In this document: one piece after another, positions 13,498 to 25,600 of the stretch
How positions within the stretch are numbered: position 1 is the first letter of the stretch
Layout: each line of letters opens with the position of its first letter
Source: Phoronis australis
Lineage: Eukaryota > Animalia > Phoronida
NCBI GenBank assembly: GCA_002633005.1
Contig: NMRA01000076.1
Span: 624,277 to 688,276, forward strand
Reading direction: 5' to 3'
DNA: 64,000 nucleotides
Program-made: the position numbers and the translations under genes
The notes under the pieces: model-generated
Databases searched by the model: none
Seen by the model: the letters and a program-made list of their open reading frames with translations, nothing else
What the model was told of the DNA's origin: nothing

Positions 13498-14454
13498 GTA
13501 GGATTATCCCAGCACAATTGTTGTTAACATTCTGTGTTTTCATATACACAGAAGTCCCTCACTAGTACAGTAATAAACAGATTTGCTCAAACACTATATC
13601 ACTAGAATACCTCTGGAGTGTACTTGAATTGGTGTAGCTTCACAGCTATGAAGTGCAAACGGTCTTTGGTCTGTGGTCTAATTAGTAGAACTAACCGGAT
13701 TTTCTCAATTACTAGACTACTCTAGACAGAGAAATCTTTATAAAATCTGTTCCCATGAATAACGGCTTTCCATTGACAGTCGTGTATTAATAAAGTCATT
13801 CCTATTTCGGGTGACTTGGAATATGGTCCTCAGGGACAAAAGTATTATTTTGTTCCTCCATTTACTGGCAGCAACAGTATTTTGCTTGAAAGACAATTAA
13901 CCAGATTAGTGTATCAGTTTATGCCCAATACAGAGCTGATTGTTGTACTAAAACCGTCTTGTAGGTTATCACTGCTCTCAAAACTTAAGCATCCTATGTC
14001 ATTAGTGCAGATATCCATGCCAGTGTGAGGAGTTTTATGGTGTTATGACAACTAAGAGATTTGGTCAAAGAGCAAAAGAACATTCAAAAAGCGACAACAG
14101 TGCCCTCTGTGGTAACAGGCCATGACTATGCTAATCCTACACTTCTTCATAGTGATGTAAATAGATTCAGACTGGCTATTAAGGAGAGCCTTGCCATTGC
14201 TGTTCTAAATTCTAGGGTTTCACTGAATGGCAACCGTCGGGACAGTTGACCTCCCCATGTGGGGATAGTTTTGTCCTTTGTAGGCGACTGCTTCACAGAG
14301 TTTTGGTTTAGTTGATTTTGTTACTTGTAATCCTGTTTTTTAGGTTTTTGTGAACTCCTTGAGAATAATGAGTTGAACTTTTCGAAACGTTGGACCTGCT
14401 GAAATATATGTGTGTAATACAGAGTGTTAACAACAACTGTGCTGGGGTTTCTAC
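13498..14454 (+). mobile_element. 5'-truncated Penelope-like retroelement relic (RT thumb + GIY-YIG) with inverted terminal duplication
   Basis: Peptide fragments: TLYH*NTSGVYLNWCSF..KRSLVCGLISR; PFTGSNSILLERQL..VVLKPS; YPCQCEEFYGVMTTKRFGQRAKEH..SA; TGH..LLHSD..RLAIKESLAI..SLNGN. 13508-13547 is an inverted copy of 14406-14446. Confidence 0.8.
14356..14394 (+). ncRNA. degenerate minimal hammerhead-like motif in the Penelope pLTR
   Basis: tcc-TTGAGAA-(stem II region)-tcGAAACGTT-gga; non-canonical core, in the expected 3' pLTR position. Confidence 0.35.
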
Positions 14455-15356
14455 TGCTTATTTGGCCCAAAACCAACATCGTCGATAGACTGTGTTAATT
14501 GTGTTTTCAGTGTGTCATCTCAATTGACAATAAACTGCAATGTAGACTATGAATGGGGATTATGACAATATAACAATGAAAGCGCTGGCGGTGAACTCAG
14601 TGTAGAAGCATGGGAAATGTAGGCTATTCATATTTGAATTTAGCTTTCAAACCTTTATCAAATTCCAAATTGTTAAAAATATTGTTCTTTTGATATGAGG
14701 TCATAATATAGTAGTGTGATTTTCGCCAACAGGAGGCGCTGTTAAAATATTAATTTCTTTTTTTGAACACTCATTTTTTTCAGACTAATTTCATGGTATT
14801 TGCCACTTTTCTTGTATGGTATCGTCAAATGAAGAAAACCAAGTCAAATTATCATTCAGTTTTAGCTCAATTTTGGTGATTTTTAAAGAATGGTTTTCTG
14901 TGCCACATTTTACAACTGTCAAATTATTAATGTCAAATTTATCGAAAAAGTGCCAGTCAAGCCTTGAGAACCTGTTAAATTCTTAAAGTATAGTACTCAA
15001 TGACATTAAAAACACCAAAATTACAATGCTACCCAAAAGTAGCCACGGAAGTGATTTTCTAGGGTTCGTAGAGTCTAATGGACTATTGTCTACATAATAA
15101 TAGACAAGTCTATAGCAAGCACAAAATCTTCCAACGCATTCATCTTTTTACAGATATGGAGACGTTGAATGTGCAATGGATTGCGAGAAGTCGCCCACTT
15201 CCAGGTGTGAGACTGTAACTAGAGAATTTATATCAACATTTTCAGCCAACAGGTGGGGGTAGCGAGATATCCGATCAATCTCATTTACCCGGCCTGTAAG
15301 CCAGCAATAGCGTCTATTATCGAACCAAAAAAAAAACAATCACACATGCAAACACA

Positions 15357-15560
15357 AATCATGCGCACGAGCATCGAATCACACGCACGAACAATCTATC
15401 GTTTCTCGTTCTTGCGTTTCGTTCTAATGCTCATGCGCATTTTTGATTTTTTTCTTATGGGCGAATTTTGAGTTCGTATGCATGGTTCATGGGTTTGTAT
15501 GCATGATTCATAGGTTTGTACGTGGTTTGTGCATAAGATGCAATGCTCGTGCGTATGATT
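15357..15560. repeat. hairpin/MITE-like inverted repeat with ~17-bp subrepeats
   Basis: aatcatgcgcacgagcatcgaatcacacgcacgaac pairs with gtttgtgcataagatgcaatgctcgtgcgtatgatt. Confidence 0.6.
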
Positions 15561-16565
15561 CTATGGTACACCTAGCATACGCGAGCGTGAATCTGTGACC
15601 GCAGGTGACTCGCAGGTTCGCACTCACATTGTATTTCTGCGCTTATCTTATCTCTGCTACCAAACAAGGCTACATGTACTTTATTGAATTCACAATCAAA
15701 CGCAAATTAACCACGTAACTCAGCTCCAAGACGTAAGTTAAATAGTACTCCCTTATTTTTGCAGAGGTCCATGCACCTCAATACGACAACATGTCAAAGT
15801 CTATGTTTTGGCAACAGCAAATTTGTTTACAGCAGTGAAGCCACGAATGGCCACGGTATATGAACTCTTATCCTGTACTCGTCTGTTTGCCAAGCAGATA
15901 GCGGGGACATGGACCGGTTTTAGCGGATAGTGACCTTTCCATATCAGTGACAAACTATAAATGTCTTTGGCCAGTCACAATACAGGCAGAGTTCTGTCCC
16001 TCTCACCGGGTCCGGATTTGATAAACCCACGACGTTAGGTAAGTAAGCGTGCTGCAAAATGTCAGTGAAAAGCTACACTCAATGGAAGACCTCGCTTTTA
16101 TCTTTGTAAATCTGCTAAAAGAGTTCAAAACTTTCAAATTAGGAAATAAATGCCCGTAAGTGGAAGCCAACCTCACTGATGCTAACTTTCTTTGTTCTTC
16201 ATGCCGTGTACAACTGCTGCGAAAAAATCCAATAGGAACCGTTTGTTGGGCAAACATTTTCATAACAAAGATGCCCATTGATTTTTTGCCCACGTCGCGT
16301 TCATTGACCCAATAAAAGACGAACGAAACTCTATTAATATTCGGAAGAGGTGTATAATAGATGGCTTTATTCACACGTTATTCCTTTGCTTTTATTCTCC
16401 CGACGGTTTTTAGTTCGCCTGAAAGACGTCCCAAGACAGCAAACTAGGGGGTGAACGGAGGAAAAGTGCACGCAAGTCGCTCTTATTTCACAGTCGGCCC
16501 AAGCAGGGAAGAGACTTACATGTAGCACTAACCGCTGCCGCGGAAGTCCAAAGCAGACTCTCACC

Positions 16566-16688
16566 ATGCCGCTCAGACCCGTTGCCCGGAATTTCTGTGG
16601 ACAGCTATGGTCATTCAGGAGCACATTTGTTATAATCTTCATTCCGATTCTTTTGCTGCCAGTGGCACTTGTAGACACAGAGAACAAG
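16566..16688 (+). CDS. SLC13 exon 1
   Basis: CACCATG start; [41 protein letters not shown]; donor GTAAGT. Confidence 0.85.
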
Positions 16689-19600
16689 GTAAGTACCTGA
16701 GAATATCAAACAGATGGCAAGTTTTCTTAAATGCCATTCATTGAGCACACGTAGCTTGCATTTTAGCAATGTAGGCAGCCCTCCAACGTATGTTGTAAAT
16801 CAAACGTCATTCTATTTTAGCTGGAGATTGTATTAACGGATACCACGCCCTGTGTTGGTGATTCCACACTAAAGTTGCCCTGTCGTTGCGAAAACCGCTT
16901 TGAAGTGGTGATGTGGGAACATATTTTCTAAAATCAATTGGTCTATTTACATCAACCTCTAGGTTATTTACATTGGCACACCGTTTCGGTCGGTCATTGT
17001 CCAGCCATCTTCAGGTGTTGCAGCATTATTTGAAGAGAATGACTCGGTGGTGTAATGGTTAGAGTACTGGACGGACCACCTAAAGCCCCCTAGCTAAATC
17101 CCAGTCGCCACCACGAAAAATAAGAAGTGTTAATCATTGACCACCATGAGTGCACCCGTGCTCGTACGTCTAAGAACGCTGTAACACCTGAAGATGTCCG
17201 GAGAAATGACCGACCGAAAGGTCGTACCAATGTAAATAGGCCAACAGAAACGATGCTAAACTTGCTCTGTCTACCTGCTGGGATATGTTTCCCAAAGAGC
17301 ATTAGGCAAAAGTTATTTTTTTGTTTTTCGGCTTTGGCTTTTTGTCTGCTACCACACAGGCTATGGACTTCTGTCTTTTGACTAAGAGTTAGTGAAAATT
17401 TTTTTGAATTTTAGCCTTAGACTGTTTCGTGAAGCAGGCTAAGCCAAAGGTAAAACAACTCTTCTAGAAACAGCCCGCATGTATGCATATTAGTAGGTCT
17501 ACTTCCGGTGATAAAAGTATCGTTCAGCAGAAACACTTCCTCCCTGCATGTGTCACAAAGTCTGGATCTTGTGTTTTGGAGCTGGACCGTGTTTCCCCAC
17601 ACGCGTGGATTTACTCGATTAACTAGTGTATTAAAGTGTTCAACTATTAGTCATATTTATGGATAAAATTTCCAAATTTTGACATATGACAACAGTTACA
17701 AAGCATTAATTGATTTCGAAGATTAAATGATCTAGTAGTAGTTTTATCAGGCTGAACGTTGCTTGGTGTCTTTTTAATTTTTAACATGTTAGTCCATTAT
17801 CGGTCCCATCGACGGCTTTAGCACCTACCCTACCCTACGGACACTACCAAAAAAAAGTCGTCGTCATGCCCTGTTTAGCGTCTACTCGGACATACTTCCT
17901 TCAGAAATTGTGATCAGACACCATCCTAGGTTTGAGAGTAGGTTGTGTATGGGCATGAGTTTGGATTAGATCACGTATACGTTAACTTGTGGATAGTATT
18001 GGTCGTCTAGCATACTGGGTACATGAGGGCCAGGGGCAGCGACTGGTAACGTCCAATGAGAAACTGACCAAATATCGCTGCGGGCGGAAGAGACGGCGTC
18101 ATGGCGTCAAGGGGGGATGTAAATTTTGCTATGTGTATTAAACGGTAGAAATGTGCAACCTATTTCTACGAACAATTCTTCATACACCAAATGCAAAACT
18201 ATTCCTTTTGTTGCTCTTTAAGATTCAGTGTTACAACGCACTCCATGTGTAAATACAGGCCTTCAATAAGCCATGCAATATACCGTGTAATACGGGAAAG
18301 TACAGCCAATCCGTAAGCAAAAGTAGAGGCTGTTGGTGTGCATTCTACTGATGGAGTAAATTCGCGTGTACAGTGCCAAAGTTGATTGGGCACGTTCATT
18401 TGGGTTACCTAAAACATTGATCCAAGGCATCCTTCCTGAAAAAAAAAGATTTATCGCTGAAAATTCCGACGCACGGTGATCAAGCGGCCATTTTAGGCCT
18501 AGCTAGTTTCAATCTGGATCAGCATAAATAGGTCAATTGCCGGCTAAATTACGCCCTAAAACTCAGCTAAAAATCTAAAATAATTCAAACGAAAACGTTT
18601 TGTTATGAATGCATACAGTATATCTACACTGAGAACTAAGATGTTCACATGAAATTGCGACCTAATGTCAAGTATTTTTTTTACTGAGTCAGACACAATC
18701 ATCTGCTCGCAGCGTTCCTCGACTCTCCCGTGTAGTCTGCTTTTTGCGATACAGTCCTTGCTTCAAGTTCTGAGAATCACCACCGTTATGTCCAGTGCTG
18801 CGATCATCACGAGGGAAATATTTCCAGTATTTCCATTCCAGAAAGTACGACACAAAAATAGGCAATTCATCGAAGCTAAAAAGACACACTGAAGCACAAC
18901 TGTTTCTAATGTTTATGTTACCGGATGGATTATTTCTAAATTTCCGATATTTTTTATTATTATTAAATGGCTCAATGTTTTAACTCGTATATTTCACAAA
19001 CTGAAAGTTCTGATCCATTTATTATGAATTAAAACTTCACTAGTAATTCAACACTTTCACAGATAATGTTGTCATTTAACTGACGCGGGTACCGTGCTTG
19101 GCATACATATGACGTCATATAACAACAAAATATCGCCGCGATGCAAATATGTATGAGATAGATAGGTTATCCGACATACAAAGAAATACTACTACGATAT
19201 CCTATCTTGAATTCATTTCATCACCTTCGGTCTCGCTGGAACATTGCTAGGCGAAATGAATTCTCGATAGAATATGACAGTGGTATTCCTATGTACGTTG
19301 GATAACCTATATTTATTTTGACGTAGAATTGTGTTATTGTTCGTTTGGCATCTTCTGATTATACCGTAGGTGTTGCAATGTGGTTATGCAGTCCTCGTGA
19401 TGGGCACATTTTGGACAACAGAGGCACTTCCGCTTCCTGTCACAGCATTACTTCCACTCATTCTCTTCCCATTTCTTGGCATATTGGAAGCCAAGCAAGT
19501 TTGTATTAACTACATGAAGGTAAGACATATTTCCAACTTTTAGCACAACATACAACATCGATGTCTCATAAGGGTTACAGTGCTTTTCGAAACCCTATTG

Positions 19601-22600
19601 TCAGAGTCCTCTACATTGCCAGTAGGATGAGAAGACGCTGCAACTTTTCTCGTTTTTCTTTGAGTTCCGCTTTGTTATCGATAGCCTAATATAATTGCTT
19701 GTAGTCATAGCTTATTCACTATTTTCATGTTTGGCTTTTATAATAAAGGACTTGCGTTTAATAGTTGGGGCCATAATCTCTTCCGTAATTTAAACGAACA
19801 CTTAAATATGCCACGATACTTTATTTGCAGGATGCCAACATCCTTTTCATGGCTGGTCTCATTGTTGCCGTTGCCATCGAAGACTGGAATCTCCACAAAC
19901 GAATTGCTCTCAGGGTACTTTTGCTCGTTGGATCTAAACCGAGATGGTAAGTTTTAGGTAAACATTGCCATTAAAGAAGAACGTTAACCATTTCACTTTT
20001 ACCTTGACGGTTAGTTTCTGAGCGTTGGAGTTCACTTCAGTAACATGACGGTAACGGTCCTATTAGAAACCAATACCCAAGCCTAGGAATCGTTTCTTTA
20101 TATGTTCCTGGACTTTTTTCAAGCTTAAGTCTATAAGTATGTTCATAAAAAGTGGAATAGGATCACAACACTTCCTATCATTCACTCACGATGTCGTGAC
20201 CTCTGTATGTAAATACGCCGAGGGACAAGCAGTTGACACAAGTCCAAGACGAAGCATAAGTCAATCCCAGAAATCGCTAAAGCAAACATGAAGGACAAAC
20301 GCGGTTGTTGATATGTTCATCTTCATCGAACAGTTGATTGTGAAGAAATATGAACTGCCACAATACACATTTAGATCACAGAATCTACTTGAGTCGGTTG
20401 TCTGCGAATAACGACATAGAACGACTTAAAGAGCGTCTACACGTACAGGTGTATTTCTAGAACGTGTCGCTGGGTCAGCTGCCATTTTGATCTAAAGGGG
20501 CTAGCTTAGGGCGTATACTGTTAAGGGCGTATAGGCCTCAGCATTTCCGTTGATGTTTGATTGATATCTCAAATTCTCAACGGTGGGCGATCCTCCTTTA
20601 GAAACTAATTTACTACCAACATGTTAACGCCAAGAGATCGGGCCAACGAGCTGTTTATTCTAACGATAAGAGCGTATTCTCTACACATTTTCGGTTACAG
20701 GTTGATGTTTGGTTTCATGAGTGTTACGGCCTTTCTCAGTATGTGGATCAGTAACACGGCAACAACTGCCATGATGGTACCCATAGCTCAAGCAGTGCTC
20801 GCTGAGCTTAAGAAGCATTACATGCCGGACGAGACCTCGAGCGAATACTCACCTGAAAACACGAGTATAAACCACCGTAATAGTGAAAACTGTGGTAGGC
20901 TTTACATGTACGAGTGGTAATGCAGTCGCGAGTAACTATAGAACAGTCGACAATGCTGAAGTTGTTATTGCAACCAATGTTCATCCTGTTGGAGGCAATA
21001 GTTACTTAGGATTATTTAGAGCAAGATGAAATTGCAAACACCAAACGAAATAAATGAAGTTTGGTGTTGTGAATCTTGACGTTGGATCAGTTAATGGATT
21101 TCATTCGGCCCATCGTTTTTATCATGTGTCCATCTGATGTGCAACTGGGCACGCTAAACAGGAACAAGCCAAAGGGTTCCACCCAAAACTAGAGCCAAAA
21201 TAGTGGTTTTCAAAGATGGAGCTGCACTGGGTTTGCAGTTGTTGTCCGTTACATGGACGTGAAGAAGCTGCGCTACAAACTCCTTCCGTGAAAAGCAACT
21301 TTTGATTCATACGATATGAAATTGGTCTCAGCCTGGCCTAACTTTAGAAACGCTAGGATCTCGCTAAAAAGCACGACTTTGCGAGATTACGTGAGATATT
21401 GCCGTGTATTTTATACGAGAACACGGGATTTTGGTAAGACTTTAGCGTGGTCCTAGCGTTAGTGAATTCTACGCTGGCTTACGCCTAGTAGACTTGATTC
21501 TGTTAATAATAATTGGCTGCTCGTACTTGCGACACACCAGGCTCAGCAAACTTGCTTGTCACCGCGGTCATATTATGCACGGAATATGCTTTCAAGCAGA
21601 CTCGGTCTATCAATTCTTTGCAAGGCCACAAGCCACTTTTCATCTGAACATGGAATAAGTTGACAACGAATTTACATCTGTAAGTAGTAAGCTGTCTTAT
21701 TGACCCTGGCGTGCGTTCAGTAACGCTTAGTACCTACGCTAGGACCTAGATAAATTCTAGCCAAAGTCACGTGTTCTCATTTAAAATACACGGCAATATC
21801 TCATGTAATCTCGCGAAGTTTTGCTTTTTAGCGAGGTCCTAGCGTTACTGAACGGGGGGCTGATATAAAAGAATAACGAATTGCAAGTGAGATCACTTCT
21901 TAGGCTGTAAACGGTCTAAATAAAAATTTGTTTCGTTAACGGTATACACGCAGGAATGAAGAGCCTTGTTATTGATATTTGCAGTTTGACAGCGTCCCCG
22001 TTACTTTAGCCACATAAAAAATGAATTATCGAGGTAAACAGTTCGAGAAGACCAATAATTTTCAATATTCCCATTCCTTTACCGAGGTATCGCATCACTA
22101 TTGTCGCTAATGAACTCGTCCCCGGTGCATCAGTCCCTCTTGTCATCGGTTGTTTCCAAGGCAAATATGATGTACGCTTTCGCTGATATCTTCTATATTA
22201 CGTTAATAATGAGCTTCCGAGGTGTCCATATTGCTTGCAAATCATGAACTATAGAACATGTAAACAATAATATTTCAGAATCCATTCAAGAAGACACACC
22301 GCTTAGAGAGGATATGCTAAGCTATAAAGAAAGTGAGAATAGGCTGACAGAAGCTGAAGGGGCGGAGAGAGGGAAACATTGTGGTGTGAGGTATGAGGGC
22401 TGTAGATGGTGTACTAAAACGAAGGAATTGAACAACGGACATAATGCACTTTACCACAGTGGGTGCATGAAAGCGACTCGCGTTCAGTCATAAAGAACGG
22501 AAGGAAACCAACCGATGAACGAAACGCTCTCCTTCATTGCCACCCAACAGGTGGCGTGTTAGTATCCTGGTCACAAACTTCAAACGTAAAAAGGTCCATC

Positions 22601-25600
22601 TCAAATTTCATTGAACCCTAGGGCGAAATGCTATTTCTTCCACCACGGACTTTCCGGACATTGTATTTTGCTCTCACGATGAACTTTTAAGCATATTCTG
22701 ATTGTTTTGTTCTCTTAGTTGGCCTGAGGTTTTGGTTGACAATCTCGATTACAGAACTATATCGACAACGACCGAACAAAGCCAAGAATCCGACGTTCCA
22801 ATAACGAAGAACTACGAAAGAAGCGTCTCATTCCAAGTGAACATCCGTGGAGGCGGCCGATCTGCTGAGTTCGACTGTCTGTGTAAGGCCCTCATGTTGT
22901 CAATATGCTACTCAGCGAATGTGGGAGGAACAGCAACTCTCACCGGTTCACCACCCAACATGGTTTTCAAAGGCATTGTCGATCAGTAAGTGAAAACGTC
23001 AATTTGTTGTCAACAACATCAGTATCATCATAGTAATCAAGTATGTCCGGATCTTTAATCGTTTTCTGCATGGGTAGAAGTAAGTTTATTCTGATTAGGA
23101 TCATGACACTGGTGACACCTGTAGGCCTATTATCTTGATAATTCCAATTGTCTCACCCGCAAATCGCGGTGTACGCGAAGTTCATCTTGATGGTGGCGAC
23201 CTTTTATCAAAGATGACATGTAAAAATTGTCAAATTCTTTCTCAGGATTTTTATTTGTATTTGCTAGACTCTCGGGCGGGCAATCTGGAATCACATTTGC
23301 TTCATGGATGTTGTTCTCTTTGCCAAACACAATCGTCTGCTTACTGATCACGTGGAGCTGGCTGCAGCTGTTCTTCTTGGGTTGGAGGTAAATAAACGGT
23401 ACTCGATCTATGAATGCTGTCTGTACCGGCTATTATTGCAACATTTACATAACAGTCCCATAGTTAATAAGTAAGATAACTAGGTAGATCGACACATAAA
23501 ACGTTCAAGCCAATAAAATCCCTATCAGATGAGCAGAATGCTTTTGCGGTTGAAGTTGTCTTTTCGAAGTCCCCGCAGGTAGCTGCACACATTGTTGCAA
23601 GAACCACCAAATTGCAATTTTATCCAGATAAGGTAGTTACAGTATTTGTGCGTACAGCGTTGCAAGTACATGCTATACTAGCAGACCGTTTACTTTTATT
23701 TTGCGATAAAATGGCGGGGGGGGGCTGTGAAAGGTTGAGACAGGAAGTCTGACAGCGTTTTGTGGACCAACTTCAGTTATCAGATAATATTGAAAAATGT
23801 GGTATCCCTAGATGATATGTCACCCGTAAATCTCACTCAGCCACGCGTTCCTTTTCAGGACACTCTGTGGGTGCTGCTTTAAGGGTGTTAGTGACGATTC
23901 TGCGAACAAGATAATACGCAAAGAGTACGACAGGCTGGGTGCATGGAGGTAGGCCTGTAAATATCAAAAGGTGGCGCACTTTCTCAGGCAAGCCACTGTC
24001 TTGGTGGAGATAGCAGAGATCAAATCTGAACAAAGAGATTTCCCTCAAATATCATCTGAAGGTTGATGGTTCCATGTTTCAAAAAATGAAAGCATAAAAG
24101 TTCAATTAAGAACAATTTTCACACTCTAAATCCACTAAAACCTACAACAATACACAGACTCAAAACACTGCCTAGGCTAAATTGTTAACCTAAAAGTATT
24201 ACATGCATATCGAACGCAACTTACATTACCTGTACAAGAACTAAGTCATAGAAGCGGTCCTTACTATTAGTTTTGCAGAGATTGCTGTCTTGGGCCATTT
24301 CGTCGTTCTCGCCCTTCTATGGTTGACACGTGACCCTGAATTTATCACCGGTTGGTCAGCGCTGTTCAAAGAAGGGTAAGGTTTCTTGAGGTAGAGTTAC
24401 TAATCTAGGATATACACTCGGAGACCGTAGGCACTTGCGCCAAAAAAATGTGGGCTTAGGGATGGTCTACATAATGATCTAAAAGATGCTGTCGCAGCCT
24501 TTTCGCAAGCCCCTCAGGTTGTTGCAGACTTGGAGTAAGTACCACAAAATCGCAGTTGTCGCCAGTTGCTGCAGTAACAGTATTCATTGTACACACTGCG
24601 CACTACACTACCAGCCAGTTTATTTTTAGTATACATGTACAACGGCTGCGGGGGATGCGCCGCCAAAAAGGCTGCGACTGCGACTCTTATATCATTGTAT
24701 GGTCCACTCTTAACACTCTACCTTCCATTCTTCCCACGGTGCCACTGAAGATTACTTTTCAGTTGGTAAAGAAGAACTTTATGATCCTATCGATCTTGTG
24801 AAGATTTTCAATGAAACAAAGAGAACTGATCGTTAATGCAGACCTGTTCTACAAACGCCTTGATAAATAAATACGCCGGACAAACATACTCCCTCTTACC
24901 GTCAAAGCAGAGGCACCCCCACTCACACTTAGTTCAAATTTCTGCTCATAGCTGGATTAAGCTTCTCTCTGTTATTGTTGCTACCAACGCAAACGTCGTC
25001 TACGTGGCTATTTTTCTCCAAAAGTATAGCTGGGCCCTCTTTACGATATCCTAGTTCCACCAATACTCCTTCGGCTGATTATTTGGGAATGATGTAGCAG
25101 GATTATCTCAAAGTGTCTTTTGTGGACCTCTCAAGAACTTTCTCTTTCACGTTAACAACTTTTGAAATTATTATTGTTGAAAATTTAACCTTTTGATAAT
25201 GCTTTCAATCCTTAGAACCAGCCATTAAGTCGATAAAAAGCTTAAAATTATGTCTCCTGAGCCTTTCAAGAGAAAGTTTTAGGTTGTTTCAATTTCTTCA
25301 GACGAAACAAAAATTTCGTTTACGTTAATCAGCGAAAATGAGCACTTTTCTTTCATTGTCAAGACGACATTCACATTTTATCTTGACGTCTAATTTACGA
25401 GACTACGTGCTGACGTCCCGTTTGCAAAATTGCAAAGGGCAAAAATATTGCACAAACTCTGGTGCTTGGTTTATCAAAAATCGGGATAGTGAGACGGCCT
25501 GAGATGCACCGGGGCCCGGGTTGTAATCTTTATACAAACTTATTTTTTACAATTCTGTTCTAATTTCGTGCGCTCTAAAGATAAATGTCTACTATTCTGT

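Noticed and set aside
17041-17113. Functional tRNA gene
   Set aside because: Acceptor and anticodon stems do not pair and the B box is degenerate; treated as a tRNA-derived SINE head instead.
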